Counted from the first letter of the stretch, positions 32,140 through 42,211 are shown. The stretch is 64,000 bases of DNA from Marinicella sp. (GCA_965230295.1 OZ246001.1:160001-224000); one strand, 5' to 3'. Numbers and translations: made by a program. The notes: generated by a model from the letters alone, not told the origin.

Positions 32140-34143
32140 TCAGCTGTTTTCGCTGTCATCATCATTGCGCGATAATTTTTTAATCATCTGGGTGATCGCC
32201 TCTTTGTCAAACTTCTGTCCGGCACCCAGGCTCATCACCTTGCTGACCGCAGCTTGTAAAATGTCACTTTTACCGATCGCACCATCAACCGCTTTACCAA
32301 CGGCCAATGAACTCATGAATTTCTCCAAGAAGTCACCGTTACCACCCACAATGTCGATGTTGGCTTCTTTCAAGGCTTCAGCCAAGACCCTGGCTTGGGT
32401 TTCAGCAATGCCCGTATTGGCTTCAATGGCTTTCATGTTCTCAACATGAGACATGTCTAAGCCCATGCGGAATTCTTCGTGTTCACGCACGGTGTCATCC
32501 ATGGTTGATAAGGCAGCAAATTTCTCTTTCAAACCACGGGCTTCAGCAGCGTAACGTTCTTCAATGGCTTGTGCTTCTGCCACTTTGATCTTCACGGCCA
32601 CCATGGCTTGTTGTTCTTCACCTTGTGCATCGGCTTCTTTCACCCGCACATTGGCCATGCCAATTTCTTCGGCACCCACCGCTTCGGCTTTGAATTTAAG
32701 GGCCATGACCTCAGCTTCTGCTTCACCTTGTTTTTGTTGGGCATCGGCTTTGGCTTCTATCACTTTGGCTTCAGCCAAACCACTGGCGGCCACTTCTTCC
32801 CGCACACCTTCAGCCAAACGAATCTTGGCATCGGCTTCTTTAGAGGCAGCTTCACGTTCTGCTTCAGCCATGGTGATGCGCTCGTTAGCACGGTGCTTGG
32901 CTGTGGTTTCCTGGGCTTCGGCTGCCTTGATCTCTTTGATCAATTCTTGTTCAGCCAAAGCTTCTGCTGCGATCACTTGCGCTTGTTTGGTGCGTTTGGC
33001 TTCTTCTACCACACGCAGTTCATTGATCTGCTCTTCTTGTTCTGCCACAGTTTTTTCAACTGCAATGCGTTCACGAACCACATCGGCAATGTTCTTTTTC
33101 TCCACTTCGATGTCTTTTTCTTTGTTGATTTCTTGCAATGAAACTTCTCGTTCCCTGCCAACCACTTCCAGCTGTCTGACTTTGGTGACCTTCTCTTCTT
33201 CGATCGCCACAGCGCGCATGCGGTTGTTGGCAGCGACTTCGATTTCTCGGCGTTTGTTCTCTTCCATCACCATCACTTCTTGCTCTGTGGCGATCCTGGC
33301 TGCTTCAGATTTCAAGCGCTCTTCACTTTCAATCTTTTCTTTTTCAGCCTGCTCTCTGGCAACCACGGTGGCAATTTCACGTTGTTGCTTGGCTTCGGCA
33401 TCGGCCTCAATGCGTTCTAACTCAAGGATTCGCTCCCTGGCTTCCACATCCCGTTTCTTGATCTTGGTTTCTTCTTCACGTTCAAATTCATTGGTCAGAA
33501 TTTTCTGCTTGGCCGTCAACTCAGTGATTTTGCGAATACCTTGGGCATCCAGAATATTGTTTTCGTCCAAGGAAGAAATCGGCGTTTGTTCCAGATAATC
33601 AATGGCGGCATCTTCCAAAACATAGCCATTGAGGTCTTTACCAATCACTTGAATGATTTCATCACGGAACCGATCACGCTCTTCATACAACTCTTCAAAC
33701 TCCAGTTTCTTACCGACTGTTTTCAAAGCTTCAGAAAATTTGGCACTGAATAACTCTTCAATGGTGGCCTGCTTTGACGCCCGTTCACAACCAATGGCTT
33801 GGGCCACTTTCAGCACGTCTTCTTTGGTCTTGTTGACCCGCACAAAGAAGGTCACTTTGATGTCAGCCCGGATGTTGTCTTTACAAATCAAGCCATCTTG
33901 CGCCCGGCGATCAATCTCAATGGTTTTCAAAGAAATGTTCATGAACTCCTTTTTATGTATCACTGGCCACACCGTACGACCAGTGAACGTCACTTCCGGG
34001 ACTTCTTTCATCGTGTTCACGATCATGGCCTGACCTTGTTCTACTTTCTGGTAGAACTTCATCACAATCAATGCCAACCCAATCAGGGCCAGCACCACCA
34101 CACCTGCATAGGTCGCTATGGCTATTAATAAATCACTGTTCAT
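32140..34143 (-). CDS. Flotillin-like SPFH protein (YqiK/PA3729-like)
   Basis: N-terminal TM, GLICKDNIRADIKVTFFVRVN, long EA-rich coiled coil. Confidence 0.92.
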   Translation of the reverse strand: MNSDLLIAIATYAGVVVLALIGLALIVMKFYQKVEQGQAMIVNTMKEVPEVTFTGRTVWPVIHKKEFMNISLKTIEIDRRAQDGLICKDNIRADIKVTFFVRVNKTKEDVLKVAQAIGCERASKQATIEELFSAKFSEALKTVGKKLEFEELYEERDRFRDEIIQVIGKDLNGYVLEDAAIDYLEQTPISSLDENNILDAQGIRKITELTAKQKILTNEFEREEETKIKKRDVEARERILELERIEADAEAKQQREIATVVAREQAEKEKIESEERLKSEAARIATEQEVMVMEENKRREIEVAANNRMRAVAIEEEKVTKVRQLEVVGREREVSLQEINKEKDIEVEKKNIADVVRERIAVEKTVAEQEEQINELRVVEEAKRTKQAQVIAAEALAEQELIKEIKAAEAQETTAKHRANERITMAEAEREAASKEADAKIRLAEGVREEVAASGLAEAKVIEAKADAQQKQGEAEAEVMALKFKAEAVGAEEIGMANVRVKEADAQGEEQQAMVAVKIKVAEAQAIEERYAAEARGLKEKFAALSTMDDTVREHEEFRMGLDMSHVENMKAIEANTGIAETQARVLAEALKEANIDIVGGNGDFLEKFMSSLAVGKAVDGAIGKSDILQAAVSKVMSLGAGQKFDKEAITQMIKKLSRNDDDSENS

Positions 34144-34243
34144 TGTTTTTTTTCTCCATTATCAGTCTCTGCTATATGTCCACAACCGGAGTTGTTTATA
34201 CCTGTTTTTTTTACCTTGAGAATCATGCCAAGGCAACCATTCT

Positions 34244-34969
34244 TTAATTCAATTCTGTGGATTTGATGACCCAATAACTGCCATCATCTTCATTGTATGT
34301 TTTGAGTATGACCAAATCACCTTTGCTGATGTCGTCTGATTCTTTTGCCCTCACATCAAACAACATGCCGGCTCCACCATCATCGTACTCGGCCTGGCCG
34401 AATGATTCATTCACTGAACCCGTTTTGACCATACACTCACAACCAATGAATGAAGCTTTGGTTTTGGCAGTGTAGGATACAAAAGCGCTTTTTAAGGGTT
34501 TGATGAACTGTGCAGTCACGGGAATGGCTAAACCAAAACTGACCACCAACAATGCCGCTCCAATCAACCATTTTAGCAAGGCCAACGGCACCAATGGCAT
34601 CAGTAATGAAACCAAAATGTAACTGATCAGCCAAGCCGAAGCCACCAAAATTGAAACAACCACAGTGACCGGCACACCAGTCAACCCCCACTTCAACATA
34701 AAGCCCGTGATGCCCCTGAGGCTTTCCGGATCAAAATCAGGGTCAACAGTGGCCCCAACATCGGCGCCCACATCGGTATCAATGTCGACATCAACGTCGA
34801 CATCAACGTCGACATCAACGTCAACATCAAGGTCTATGTCAGCATCGAACATGTCGACATCAACGGCCCCCAACATCGCCAACAACCAATAGACAATAAT
34901 GATTGCCAGTAAAAAAGTGAAAACCACCACTGGAAAACTTGTTATATTAACTAAGAAAACGTCCATCAC
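34244..34969 (-). CDS. YqiJ/NfeD-like membrane protein with OB fold
   Basis: TM helices, acidic (DV)n loop, GLTGVPVT, C-terminal FGQAEYDDGGAG; upstream of the flotillin gene. Confidence 0.85.
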   Translation of the reverse strand: MMDVFLVNITSFPVVVFTFLLAIIIVYWLLAMLGAVDVDMFDADIDLDVDVDVDVDVDVDVDIDTDVGADVGATVDPDFDPESLRGITGFMLKWGLTGVPVTVVVSILVASAWLISYILVSLLMPLVPLALLKWLIGAALLVVSFGLAIPVTAQFIKPLKSAFVSYTAKTKASFIGCECMVKTGSVNESFGQAEYDDGGAGMLFDVRAKESDDISKGDLVILKTYNEDDGSYWVIKSTELN

Positions 34970-35310
34970 AGCTCCTTATCATCTGTATTCCTGACGTGCT
35001 CAATGAGTTTCTCAGCAGCACGTCTTTTGACCTCAACGGGGTCATTGGTTTCTAGTTTATAGGCATCGGCTAAAAATGCCATGTCATCATCGGACAGTGA
35101 GATCGATAAACGCAAACGCTTGGGTTTCCGTGATACCTTCAGTCCCAAAATTTGTCTGATGCGGTCTGATGGGTTGATGCTGCGATCCAGTGCTTCTTTG
35201 CGGATCACATATTGGATTTTCTCACCCACATCAAAAGCCACCTGTGTGGCTTTAACGGCTTTTTTCTCAGCCGCCCATTTATTCAATATTTTTTGTTTTT
35301 TATCAGTCAT
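34966..35310 (-). CDS. Conserved hypothetical protein, possible ribbon-helix-helix regulator
   Basis: TQVAFDV...IRKEAL...PSDRIRQILGL and RLSISLSDDD resemble two RHH-like units; start moved to ATG 35310. Confidence 0.6.
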   Translation of the reverse strand: MTDKKQKILNKWAAEKKAVKATQVAFDVGEKIQYVIRKEALDRSINPSDRIRQILGLKVSRKPKRLRLSISLSDDDMAFLADAYKLETNDPVEVKRRAAEKLIEHVRNTDDKEL

Positions 35311-35314
35311 GCAG

Positions 35315-35756
35315 CCGATCAATCCTTGTCAATGATCCATATCAACACATCCGCTGCATGGTCCTTTGCCTGATAATAAACTGTCTGTTCTTGTTTCATT
35401 TTTTTCATTCTTTTTGTTTTAAGTTTGCAGCAGATGGTCCTTGTCAACCATCCCTATCAACACACCTGCTGCACCTTCCTTGACCCGATCCTCACCTTAA
35501 TATTTGGTCATTTTATTTTTCTCGTCCTGTCATTCATTTTTGAGCTGTTTACCAGCTCATAACTTGCTCCTGGTTGGTTCGGCTCAGCCGAATCAGAAGG
35601 TACAAGCCTGAAGTTCAAAGCCATACTCGCTGTGGTCGCTTGCAAATTGGCCTCTGGCTCATTTGAATGATGACCCAAGAGCATTCCAATATCCGCAGCA
35701 GATCATTCCTTGTCAACGATCCGTTTCAACACATCTGCTGCGCCTTCCTTGCTACT
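35315..35756 (-). repeat. Three degenerate copies of the ~55-bp pspA 3' end
   Basis: tccttgtcaa.(g/c)atcc.(t/a)tcaacaca.c.gctgc at ~35323, ~35439 and ~35707. Confidence 0.8.
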
Positions 35757-36410
35757 TTTGGTTACCTTTTCTTGTGGTTCTTCCAACGCTTTGTTTGGAT
35801 CACCATACATCGATTCATCCACTTCATATTGTTCATCAATTTGTTGTTGTTTTTTACGGATCCGCTCCAGGGCCCGTTTGGCTGATAACATCTTGGCATC
35901 GGCTTGACTGAAGCTTTTGGTGATCACATCAGTGGCCTTTTGTATGTCCTCTGTGGTTTGCACCATGGCCATTTGTCGTTCTAAATCCTTCAGCGTACGT
36001 TCGGCATTTTCTAAACGTCTGGTCAAGTGTCCTAAATGCAGCTCATGCGACTTCAAAATGGTCAATTCAGCTGCCTGATCCTGTTCTAACTCAACCATTT
36101 CTGTTGCCAGGTTAAAAGCCAAATCTTCATCATTTCTACTCAGCGCTTCTATGATCAGTTGTTCCTGCTGGTTCACCCGGTCATTGAGTATTTTCACTTT
36201 CCTTGAACTCTGCAATTCTTTGGCCAGTTCATCAGTGATCGCACTTTTGGCTTGCCGCAAATTTTCTTTGGACACCTCTATTTGTTTTTCATAAAGGCGA
36301 CTACCACTCGAATCCATGACTGCTTCACTCAACGCCCTGGAATCATCTCTAATGACCGTGATGATTTTCTCCAGAATGTTTTTGCCAACACTTTTTTTGT
36401 CGTCACTCAT
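35703..36410 (-). CDS. PspA/IM30 family protein (YjfJ/PA3731-like)
   Basis: Coiled coil, SAKRALERIRKKQ, AADVLKRI C-terminus; follows a yjfI-like gene. Confidence 0.85.
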   Translation of the reverse strand: MSDDKKSVGKNILEKIITVIRDDSRALSEAVMDSSGSRLYEKQIEVSKENLRQAKSAITDELAKELQSSRKVKILNDRVNQQEQLIIEALSRNDEDLAFNLATEMVELEQDQAAELTILKSHELHLGHLTRRLENAERTLKDLERQMAMVQTTEDIQKATDVITKSFSQADAKMLSAKRALERIRKKQQQIDEQYEVDESMYGDPNKALEEPQEKVTKSSKEGAADVLKRIVDKE

Positions 36411-36814
36411 TGCAAAAAGTCCTCCATGGCTGATACCACATCTACAGCGTTTTCATTCAACATAACCACTTCTTCCACCACTTTGTCTAATTCCGAGCTC
36501 ACCGACAACGCCCCAAACAAAACATACCGGTCACCGACCCTGGCATATGACGACAGCGGAATTGAAATACTGGTGTCCAACATCATTTCCAACATTTCAG
36601 TGCGGCTCTCTGCTTTGATCTCATCTTCAGCCCATAAATAGACGATACACATAATTTGAAATTGAGTTTGGGTAATAAATACAGGGAAGCCATCGAATCC
36701 ATTCATTTCTACCTGCAACACCTCCACTTCTCCTGTGATCCTTTGACAGTCAAATGTAAATCCTTCTGCTGTCCGATGTTGAGATAATTTGATGGCTAAA
36801 TCCTCTGTATTCAT
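36407..36814 (-). CDS. YjfI/DUF2170 family protein
   Basis: QIMCIVYLW, SIPLSSY, YVLFGALS. Confidence 0.85.
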   Translation of the reverse strand: MNTEDLAIKLSQHRTAEGFTFDCQRITGEVEVLQVEMNGFDGFPVFITQTQFQIMCIVYLWAEDEIKAESRTEMLEMMLDTSISIPLSSYARVGDRYVLFGALSVSSELDKVVEEVVMLNENAVDVVSAMEDFLQ

Positions 36815-36841
36815 ATCTTTCTGCTCTCCTTCATATGCTCA

Positions 36842-36890
36842 ATGCATGATGACATAATATGTCACAATGACATAATATGTCAATATGCAT
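36842..36890 (-). promoter_or_regulatory. Tandem palindromic operator overlapping a sigma70 promoter of the yjfI-pspA-flotillin operon
   Basis: Two perfect TGACATA-A-TATGTCA palindromes (36850-36864, 36868-36882); minus strand reads TTGACA-18-TATTAT. Confidence 0.75.
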
Positions 36891-37021
36891 GAAGTCATAG
36901 TTGCACAATCATTAAATCACTTAATGAACAGTAAACAGTTGAAATAAAACCCCTATCTATTTGTTTTAAAAGACATTTTAATGGTTTCATACCTACTTGC
37001 TGTCCTTAATTAATTGTTAGG

Positions 37022-37999
37022 TTATCGTTTTTTAAAGTCCATTTCTTGCAAGGCAGATGCAGAATCTAGACTCACCTGTTGCATGTGTTCAAGTGTTTGA
37101 TCAATCAATCTTTTGGCTTGTCGCAGCTTTTCAGTATCGACCCCTACCTGTTTACCCAGTTTTTGATTTTTTTGATTGTTGTTGACCATAGCCACACCAG
37201 CAGCCACATCTATTGCTGCAGTGGTGGTCATGACTGTCTGATCAATGTCTCGAATTAATGATTGGTTTTGCTTGATGATCAACTCAATGGTCATCACCGC
37301 CTGTCTGGCAATCAAGATTTGCTGTTGTAAATCCATCATGCGTTGTTGGACAGGACCCAACAATTCATTGTCTATCATGGCCATGAGGTCAGCATTGATG
37401 GCACTTTTTCTACCATTTAGCTTCAGCGTTTGTTCTAAAAGTGATGCGAAGTCATAACTAAGAACCAGCTTGTTTAAGCCAGCTGTTAAGGATTCATGAT
37501 CACCTGATAGGATGTGATTATCACGTTTTAGCTGTTTTTTTTCTGCCTTCAGTTGACCCGTTAATTCAACCATGTTTTTTCGTTTTCCTGGAAAGCCATC
37601 CAACCACATCTGGTAAGCAGATTCGCGCCATGAAAACAACAACATGAACCGCTCTTTCCAACTCAATCTCTTGTTGGGTGGTTGCATATCGGCCACTTGT
37701 TGTGACAACTTCTCTAATAATTGAGATACCTGGCCACCGGCATCGATGTCTGCCATCAACTGTTGTAAAGGCTGAATCAATCGATTGTTCAAGCGCCAAT
37801 AATCGGTTTGCTCTTGGGCACCTAACTCAAATAAAGCATTCCTGACTTGATCCACCAACTTCAAATCTTGTGGATCAATGGCCAACAACCAATTGGTCAG
37901 TTGATCAGCAGCTTTTTGTAAGTACCCTTCGGATTCCTTGCTGATCATTTCATGGTTGAGGGTACTCAGTCGCTGAAGTTGATCAAGAGATGTCGACAT
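37022..37999 (-). CDS. Toxic anion resistance (TelA/KlaB-like) coiled-coil protein
   Basis: All-helical; VQQRMMDLQQQ, IELIIKQNQSLIRDID, TMTTTAA resemble the TelA family. Confidence 0.65.
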   Translation of the reverse strand: MSTSLDQLQRLSTLNHEMISKESEGYLQKAADQLTNWLLAIDPQDLKLVDQVRNALFELGAQEQTDYWRLNNRLIQPLQQLMADIDAGGQVSQLLEKLSQQVADMQPPNKRLSWKERFMLLFSWRESAYQMWLDGFPGKRKNMVELTGQLKAEKKQLKRDNHILSGDHESLTAGLNKLVLSYDFASLLEQTLKLNGRKSAINADLMAMIDNELLGPVQQRMMDLQQQILIARQAVMTIELIIKQNQSLIRDIDQTVMTTTAAIDVAAGVAMVNNNQKNQKLGKQVGVDTEKLRQAKRLIDQTLEHMQQVSLDSASALQEMDFKKR

Positions 38000-38048
38000 G
38001 AATTAAGCTTCCGTTTAATAATGTAAGTATATTATAACAAGCATTATA

Positions 38049-38532
38049 AGGAATGTTCTTGGGGCTCCATTCTGGTTCATGGTCTGACAGGTCTTCATAT
38101 TTGCTGCGCAAATAAACCGACCTTTACAGACTATTGTCTGAGCAGTTGCTTCGCACTGCATGTCTGTTCCAGACAAAAGTGAAAACGGCCACGGCGAACA
38201 TGACTTGCTTCCTCGCACGCACTGCGGCATTCAAATCGGGCTTCTTTATCTTCGATAAAACCGCCCAACTTTCATTGCCTGTGCTATAACGCCATTCACA
38301 TAAGGCTTCTTGACTTCGTCAAATCGCCATATGCTCATTGGCTATTCTCTTCGCCTCTGATTGGCCTACATGGATGTAGGTCTGCCGCGATAGCAAGGAG
38401 CGATAGCGGCCGCAACATCAATAGCTCACGGCTAATCAATCATTACATCAAGGCTTCTTTGCTTTGCAAAATCGCCATGATTGCATGATTTGCCTAACCG
38501 GCTCGGCGGGTCAAGCTGCTCAGCAGCTTTCC
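38049..38532 (-). repeat. Expanded (~485-bp) copy C of the dispersed repeat with nested insertions
   Basis: Both termini (aggaatgttcttgggg; gggtcaagctgctcagcagctttcc) and internal blocks at ~38170-38220 and ~38345-38362 are present in order, separated by extra sequence. Confidence 0.8.
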
Positions 38533-38644
38533 GTTGAGTAGAATTTAAGTCTTCCTGGATGGGCCGCTGTGATTCGTATGATCTTAACATGCACTTAATA
38601 TGTGGATAGGATAATATGGTGAGATAAAAAACATACATAACTGA

Positions 38645-39364
38645 ATGAAACAGACAACCAATCACTATCCATTGCCCAATCGATTGTTGCTGGTTGAAGA
38701 TGAAACAGTGATGGCAAACAACATCATTGGATTTTTAGAAAATGATGGGTTTCAAGTTACACACTGCGTGTCAGGAAAAGAAGGCCTCAAAGTTTTTCAA
38801 GATATACATTTTGATTTGATTATTTTGGATGTGATGTTGCCAGAACTGAATGGACTGGAAATATGTCACCAAATCAGAGCCCAAAGTGATGTACCCATCA
38901 TCATGTTAACGGCCCTATCCGAGCCATATGATGTGGTGAAAGGTTTAGAAGCTGGTGCTGATGATTACATCAAAAAACCTTTCAGTGCCGATGAGTTGAA
39001 TGCACGTGTGATGAGTGCATTAAGAAGAAACACTGGCCTCATGGATCACCAACAACAACATCTGCAGATCGGAGACCTGAAACTGATCATAAACAGCCAA
39101 CAAGTGATGCTTAAAAACCAAACCATTGTTGATTTGACACAAGCTGAATTCTTGCTGCTAAAGACCCTTTGTCATAGACCAGGACAGGTTTTTACCCGAA
39201 ATCAACTCATAGATGCTTGTTTGGGTGAAGATTTCAACGGATTTGACCGAAACATTGATGTTCATATATCTAACTTAAGAAAGAAATTGGGTGAAAGCTC
39301 ACGACACCCCAAACACATCATCACAGAAATAGGCATTGGATACCGTTTGGTGAGCCGTGTATAA
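38645..39364 (+). CDS. OmpR-family response regulator (BaeR-like)
   Basis: LLVEDE, LDVMLP, ADDYIKKPF, DRNIDVHISNLRKKL. Confidence 0.93.
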   Translation: MKQTTNHYPLPNRLLLVEDETVMANNIIGFLENDGFQVTHCVSGKEGLKVFQDIHFDLIILDVMLPELNGLEICHQIRAQSDVPIIMLTALSEPYDVVKGLEAGADDYIKKPFSADELNARVMSALRRNTGLMDHQQQHLQIGDLKLIINSQQVMLKNQTIVDLTQAEFLLLKTLCHRPGQVFTRNQLIDACLGEDFNGFDRNIDVHISNLRKKLGESSRHPKHIITEIGIGYRLVSRV

Positions 39365-40760
39365 AATAAGGGCCAGTCTCATATCCAGAATGGTGTTGAT
39401 GTTATCCCTCATCATCGGCATTGGTTTTTGGATCGGGGTGAAATTGTATGAAAAATCAGTATTCAAAGCGTTCCAAACCACTGTAAAAATTAATGTACAA
39501 AATTTTGCCGAATTATTCACACCATCAGATCGTTTATTGACTCAAATAAACAACCATTATTCAAGCTCTCAATGGAACGACATAAAAACCATCATTGATC
39601 CTTACAAAGGGCAAAGACTGGTCTTGTTTGATCAGGACATGAACTTCATCACAGCAAACCACAGCAGAAAATTTACAGCAAAGATGAAAGAAAAACTGGG
39701 TGCTTATGAAGTATCTTTTACTTTTATGACAAGCGATGGCAGCCAAGAAATTAAGCAATCAAACCATCTACAACCCCATAAATTGGTGTCGGAATCTGGT
39801 GAATTTTACGGGTACTTGGTTTTGCTTCCTGTTCAAGACATATTAATCCACCCCGAAAGCTTTACCAATCAAGTGACCAGTAATGTCTTGTGGCTGCTGT
39901 TCATGCTGTTGGTTACCATCCTTGCTGTTGTGACTTTGTTTTTAAAGTACATTCTGAAACCAGTCAAAGCCCTGAGGGTGGCTTCCATGAAACTTAAACA
40001 AGGTATAACACCCGATCCTGTAAGCTCCAATGGAACGGGTGAAATTGCTGAATTGATTGACGTTTTCAACTCAGCAGTGAAAGAAATGAACCAATCGGCC
40101 AAGATCAGAAAAGAGTTTATCGCTGACATTGCCCATGAGTTCAAAACCCCCATCGCTAATCTCAATGGTAAATTTGAAGCTGCACAAAAGAACATCATCC
40201 CTTTTGATCAAGCCATGTTGAAAACGCTGACACAAGAAGTGTCAAGATTAGAAGTGTTGGTTAATGACTTACAACAACTGGCTGTGGCTGATTCAGGAGA
40301 ATTGCTGTTACAAAAACAAGACACTTACATTTTTGAGTTGATAGAAAACACCATAGGGTTGTGTAATTGGCAATCTGAAGTTAAGTGGGTCAACAACATT
40401 GAAAAAAATTGTGTTCTTAATGTAGACCCTTATCGCTTACAACAAGTCTTTCTCAATTTATTCGAGAATGCCTATAAATATGCCGGACCCAACACCACCA
40501 TCACCGTTCAGCACAACACGGCGAAGGAGCCACACATCATTCAAGTCAAAGACTCTGGATCAGGAATACCCAAGAGTGACATTGAGCAAATATTCAAACG
40601 CTTTTATCGCGCCGACATTCATCGAACAAGCCATTCAACAGGAACTGGTTTGGGGTTGTCGATTTGCCAATCCATCATTCATGCACACTCAGGGTCCATA
40701 CAAGCAACAAATGCCAGCCCAAGTGGATTGATCATAACCATACAGTTACCTCAATCTTAA
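39357..40760 (+). CDS. Sensor histidine kinase (BaeS-like)
   Basis: HAMP, ADIAHEFKTP, NLFENAYKY, DSGSG, GTGLGL. Confidence 0.93.
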   Translation: MYKIRASLISRMVLMLSLIIGIGFWIGVKLYEKSVFKAFQTTVKINVQNFAELFTPSDRLLTQINNHYSSSQWNDIKTIIDPYKGQRLVLFDQDMNFITANHSRKFTAKMKEKLGAYEVSFTFMTSDGSQEIKQSNHLQPHKLVSESGEFYGYLVLLPVQDILIHPESFTNQVTSNVLWLLFMLLVTILAVVTLFLKYILKPVKALRVASMKLKQGITPDPVSSNGTGEIAELIDVFNSAVKEMNQSAKIRKEFIADIAHEFKTPIANLNGKFEAAQKNIIPFDQAMLKTLTQEVSRLEVLVNDLQQLAVADSGELLLQKQDTYIFELIENTIGLCNWQSEVKWVNNIEKNCVLNVDPYRLQQVFLNLFENAYKYAGPNTTITVQHNTAKEPHIIQVKDSGSGIPKSDIEQIFKRFYRADIHRTSHSTGTGLGLSICQSIIHAHSGSIQATNASPSGLIITIQLPQS

Positions 40761-40802
40761 TACCTCCTTAAAATCACAGTGGCATACTTATGTTTTTTTT
40801 AA

Positions 40803-41639
40803 TTGGAGCTCAATCCTATGCCTCTTCAATATCTAATTGCTTTCTTCACATTGGCTACATTTGTGGTGGAAGCAGAAACAACCACTGACAGTGTTTTGCC
40901 TGCATATACCACACCTGTCTATTCAAGTATGGTGAATACCAATCGCCTCAAACCATTCCATGCCAAATGGATTCAGCAGAAAATAGAAGCTGGGAAAACC
41001 ACGACATTGCCTGTCACTATTGAAGAAAAACTGATTAAAGATGAGCAAGGAAATTGGCAGCACATTCAAGTCATGCATGATGAAGTCAAAGACATGAAAG
41101 TCCATCATACACGTACTTTTGATCAGCAAAGCATGCGGTTTATGACGCAAAAAACCAGGTATGAAAATGCCCCGGAACAAGCGCCTAAATCAGTATCCTA
41201 TGAATTATTCAATAACCGCTTTTCTGGCGAAGTTGTGTCGGCTGACGGGGCATTAAAAAGCATTGAACACCCGCTGAGCATGCCAATGTTTGATGGACAA
41301 ATTGCCGGACTTCCCATTGCATCATTGCCCTTGGAATTGGGAAAAAAATGGTCAATGCCAATGGTCATACCCACCATGAAGTCAGAGTATTGGTTAGAGG
41401 CAACGGTAACTGCCAAAAAACTGATGGCAGCCGAAAATGGTAATGAACTTGAGGTTTGGGTGGTTGATGCCCTTTGGCACAACCTAACCGATGGTGATGT
41501 TTATCCAGCAGGACCCAATAATTCTGGTGGCACCTATTACATCAATGTAGATCAGCAAGCTGGAGAACCTGTAGTGATCGCGTATGCAAACCAAAATGCT
41601 GTGATATTGTGGGATGGTCAAAAACAGCAGCAGCCATGA
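40803..41639 (+). CDS. Exported hypothetical protein (start probably ATG 40818)
   Basis: Signal-like N-terminus; long ORF downstream of the two-component pair. Confidence 0.7.
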   Translation: MELNPMPLQYLIAFFTLATFVVEAETTTDSVLPAYTTPVYSSMVNTNRLKPFHAKWIQQKIEAGKTTTLPVTIEEKLIKDEQGNWQHIQVMHDEVKDMKVHHTRTFDQQSMRFMTQKTRYENAPEQAPKSVSYELFNNRFSGEVVSADGALKSIEHPLSMPMFDGQIAGLPIASLPLELGKKWSMPMVIPTMKSEYWLEATVTAKKLMAAENGNELEVWVVDALWHNLTDGDVYPAGPNNSGGTYYINVDQQAGEPVVIAYANQNAVILWDGQKQQQP

Positions 41640-41774
41640 ATCTTTTCCGAGCAAAATCTGTAAACAACCTCAGCCCTGCTCATTTTATTTCATTTATCAC
41701 TGATCAATTTAAGACAAATATCGGAATGGCCGCTAAAATCATTCCCATTGAAATTGATTTGATCGAGTTGACCC

Positions 41775-42188
41775 ATGAAACAGTACAATCTGACCATCCA
41801 AACTCCAGGGCGGGGTTATTATCTGATCACCGACCAGATACAGAATGCAGTGGCTGAGGCTTTGGTGGGTATTGAAGTGGGTCTGTTGCATGTGTTTTTG
41901 CGTCATTCCTCGGCCAGTTTAACCATCAATGAAAATGCCGACCCTACGGTCAGAGAAGATTTCAAGCGGTTTGAAGAACATTTGGTGCCCAGAGATTTTC
42001 CGTACCGCCACGATTATGAAGGCGAAGATGACATGCCTGCCCATATCAAGTCTTCTTTGATGGGCTGTCAGTTGACGATTCCTGTCACTGAAGGCCGGTT
42101 GGCCCTGGGTACCTGGCAAGGTGTGTATTTGTGTGAACACCGCGACCAACCCCATCACCGGCGTTTGGTGTTGACATTGCGGGATTGA
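41775..42188 (+). CDS. yjbQ: YjbQ/UPF0047 family protein
   Basis: HSSASLTINENADP, DDMPAHIKSSL, LGTWQGVYLCEH. Confidence 0.93.
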   Translation: MKQYNLTIQTPGRGYYLITDQIQNAVAEALVGIEVGLLHVFLRHSSASLTINENADPTVREDFKRFEEHLVPRDFPYRHDYEGEDDMPAHIKSSLMGCQLTIPVTEGRLALGTWQGVYLCEHRDQPHHRRLVLTLRD

Positions 42189-42211
42189 ATGAAGTTATAA
42201 TTTTCAAGCAT

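Noticed and set aside
32564-33598. 344-aa plus-strand ORF and other long antisense ORFs over real genes
   Set aside because: Shadow ORFs of the codon-biased, EA-rich flotillin and other genes; Ser/Ala-rich with no motifs
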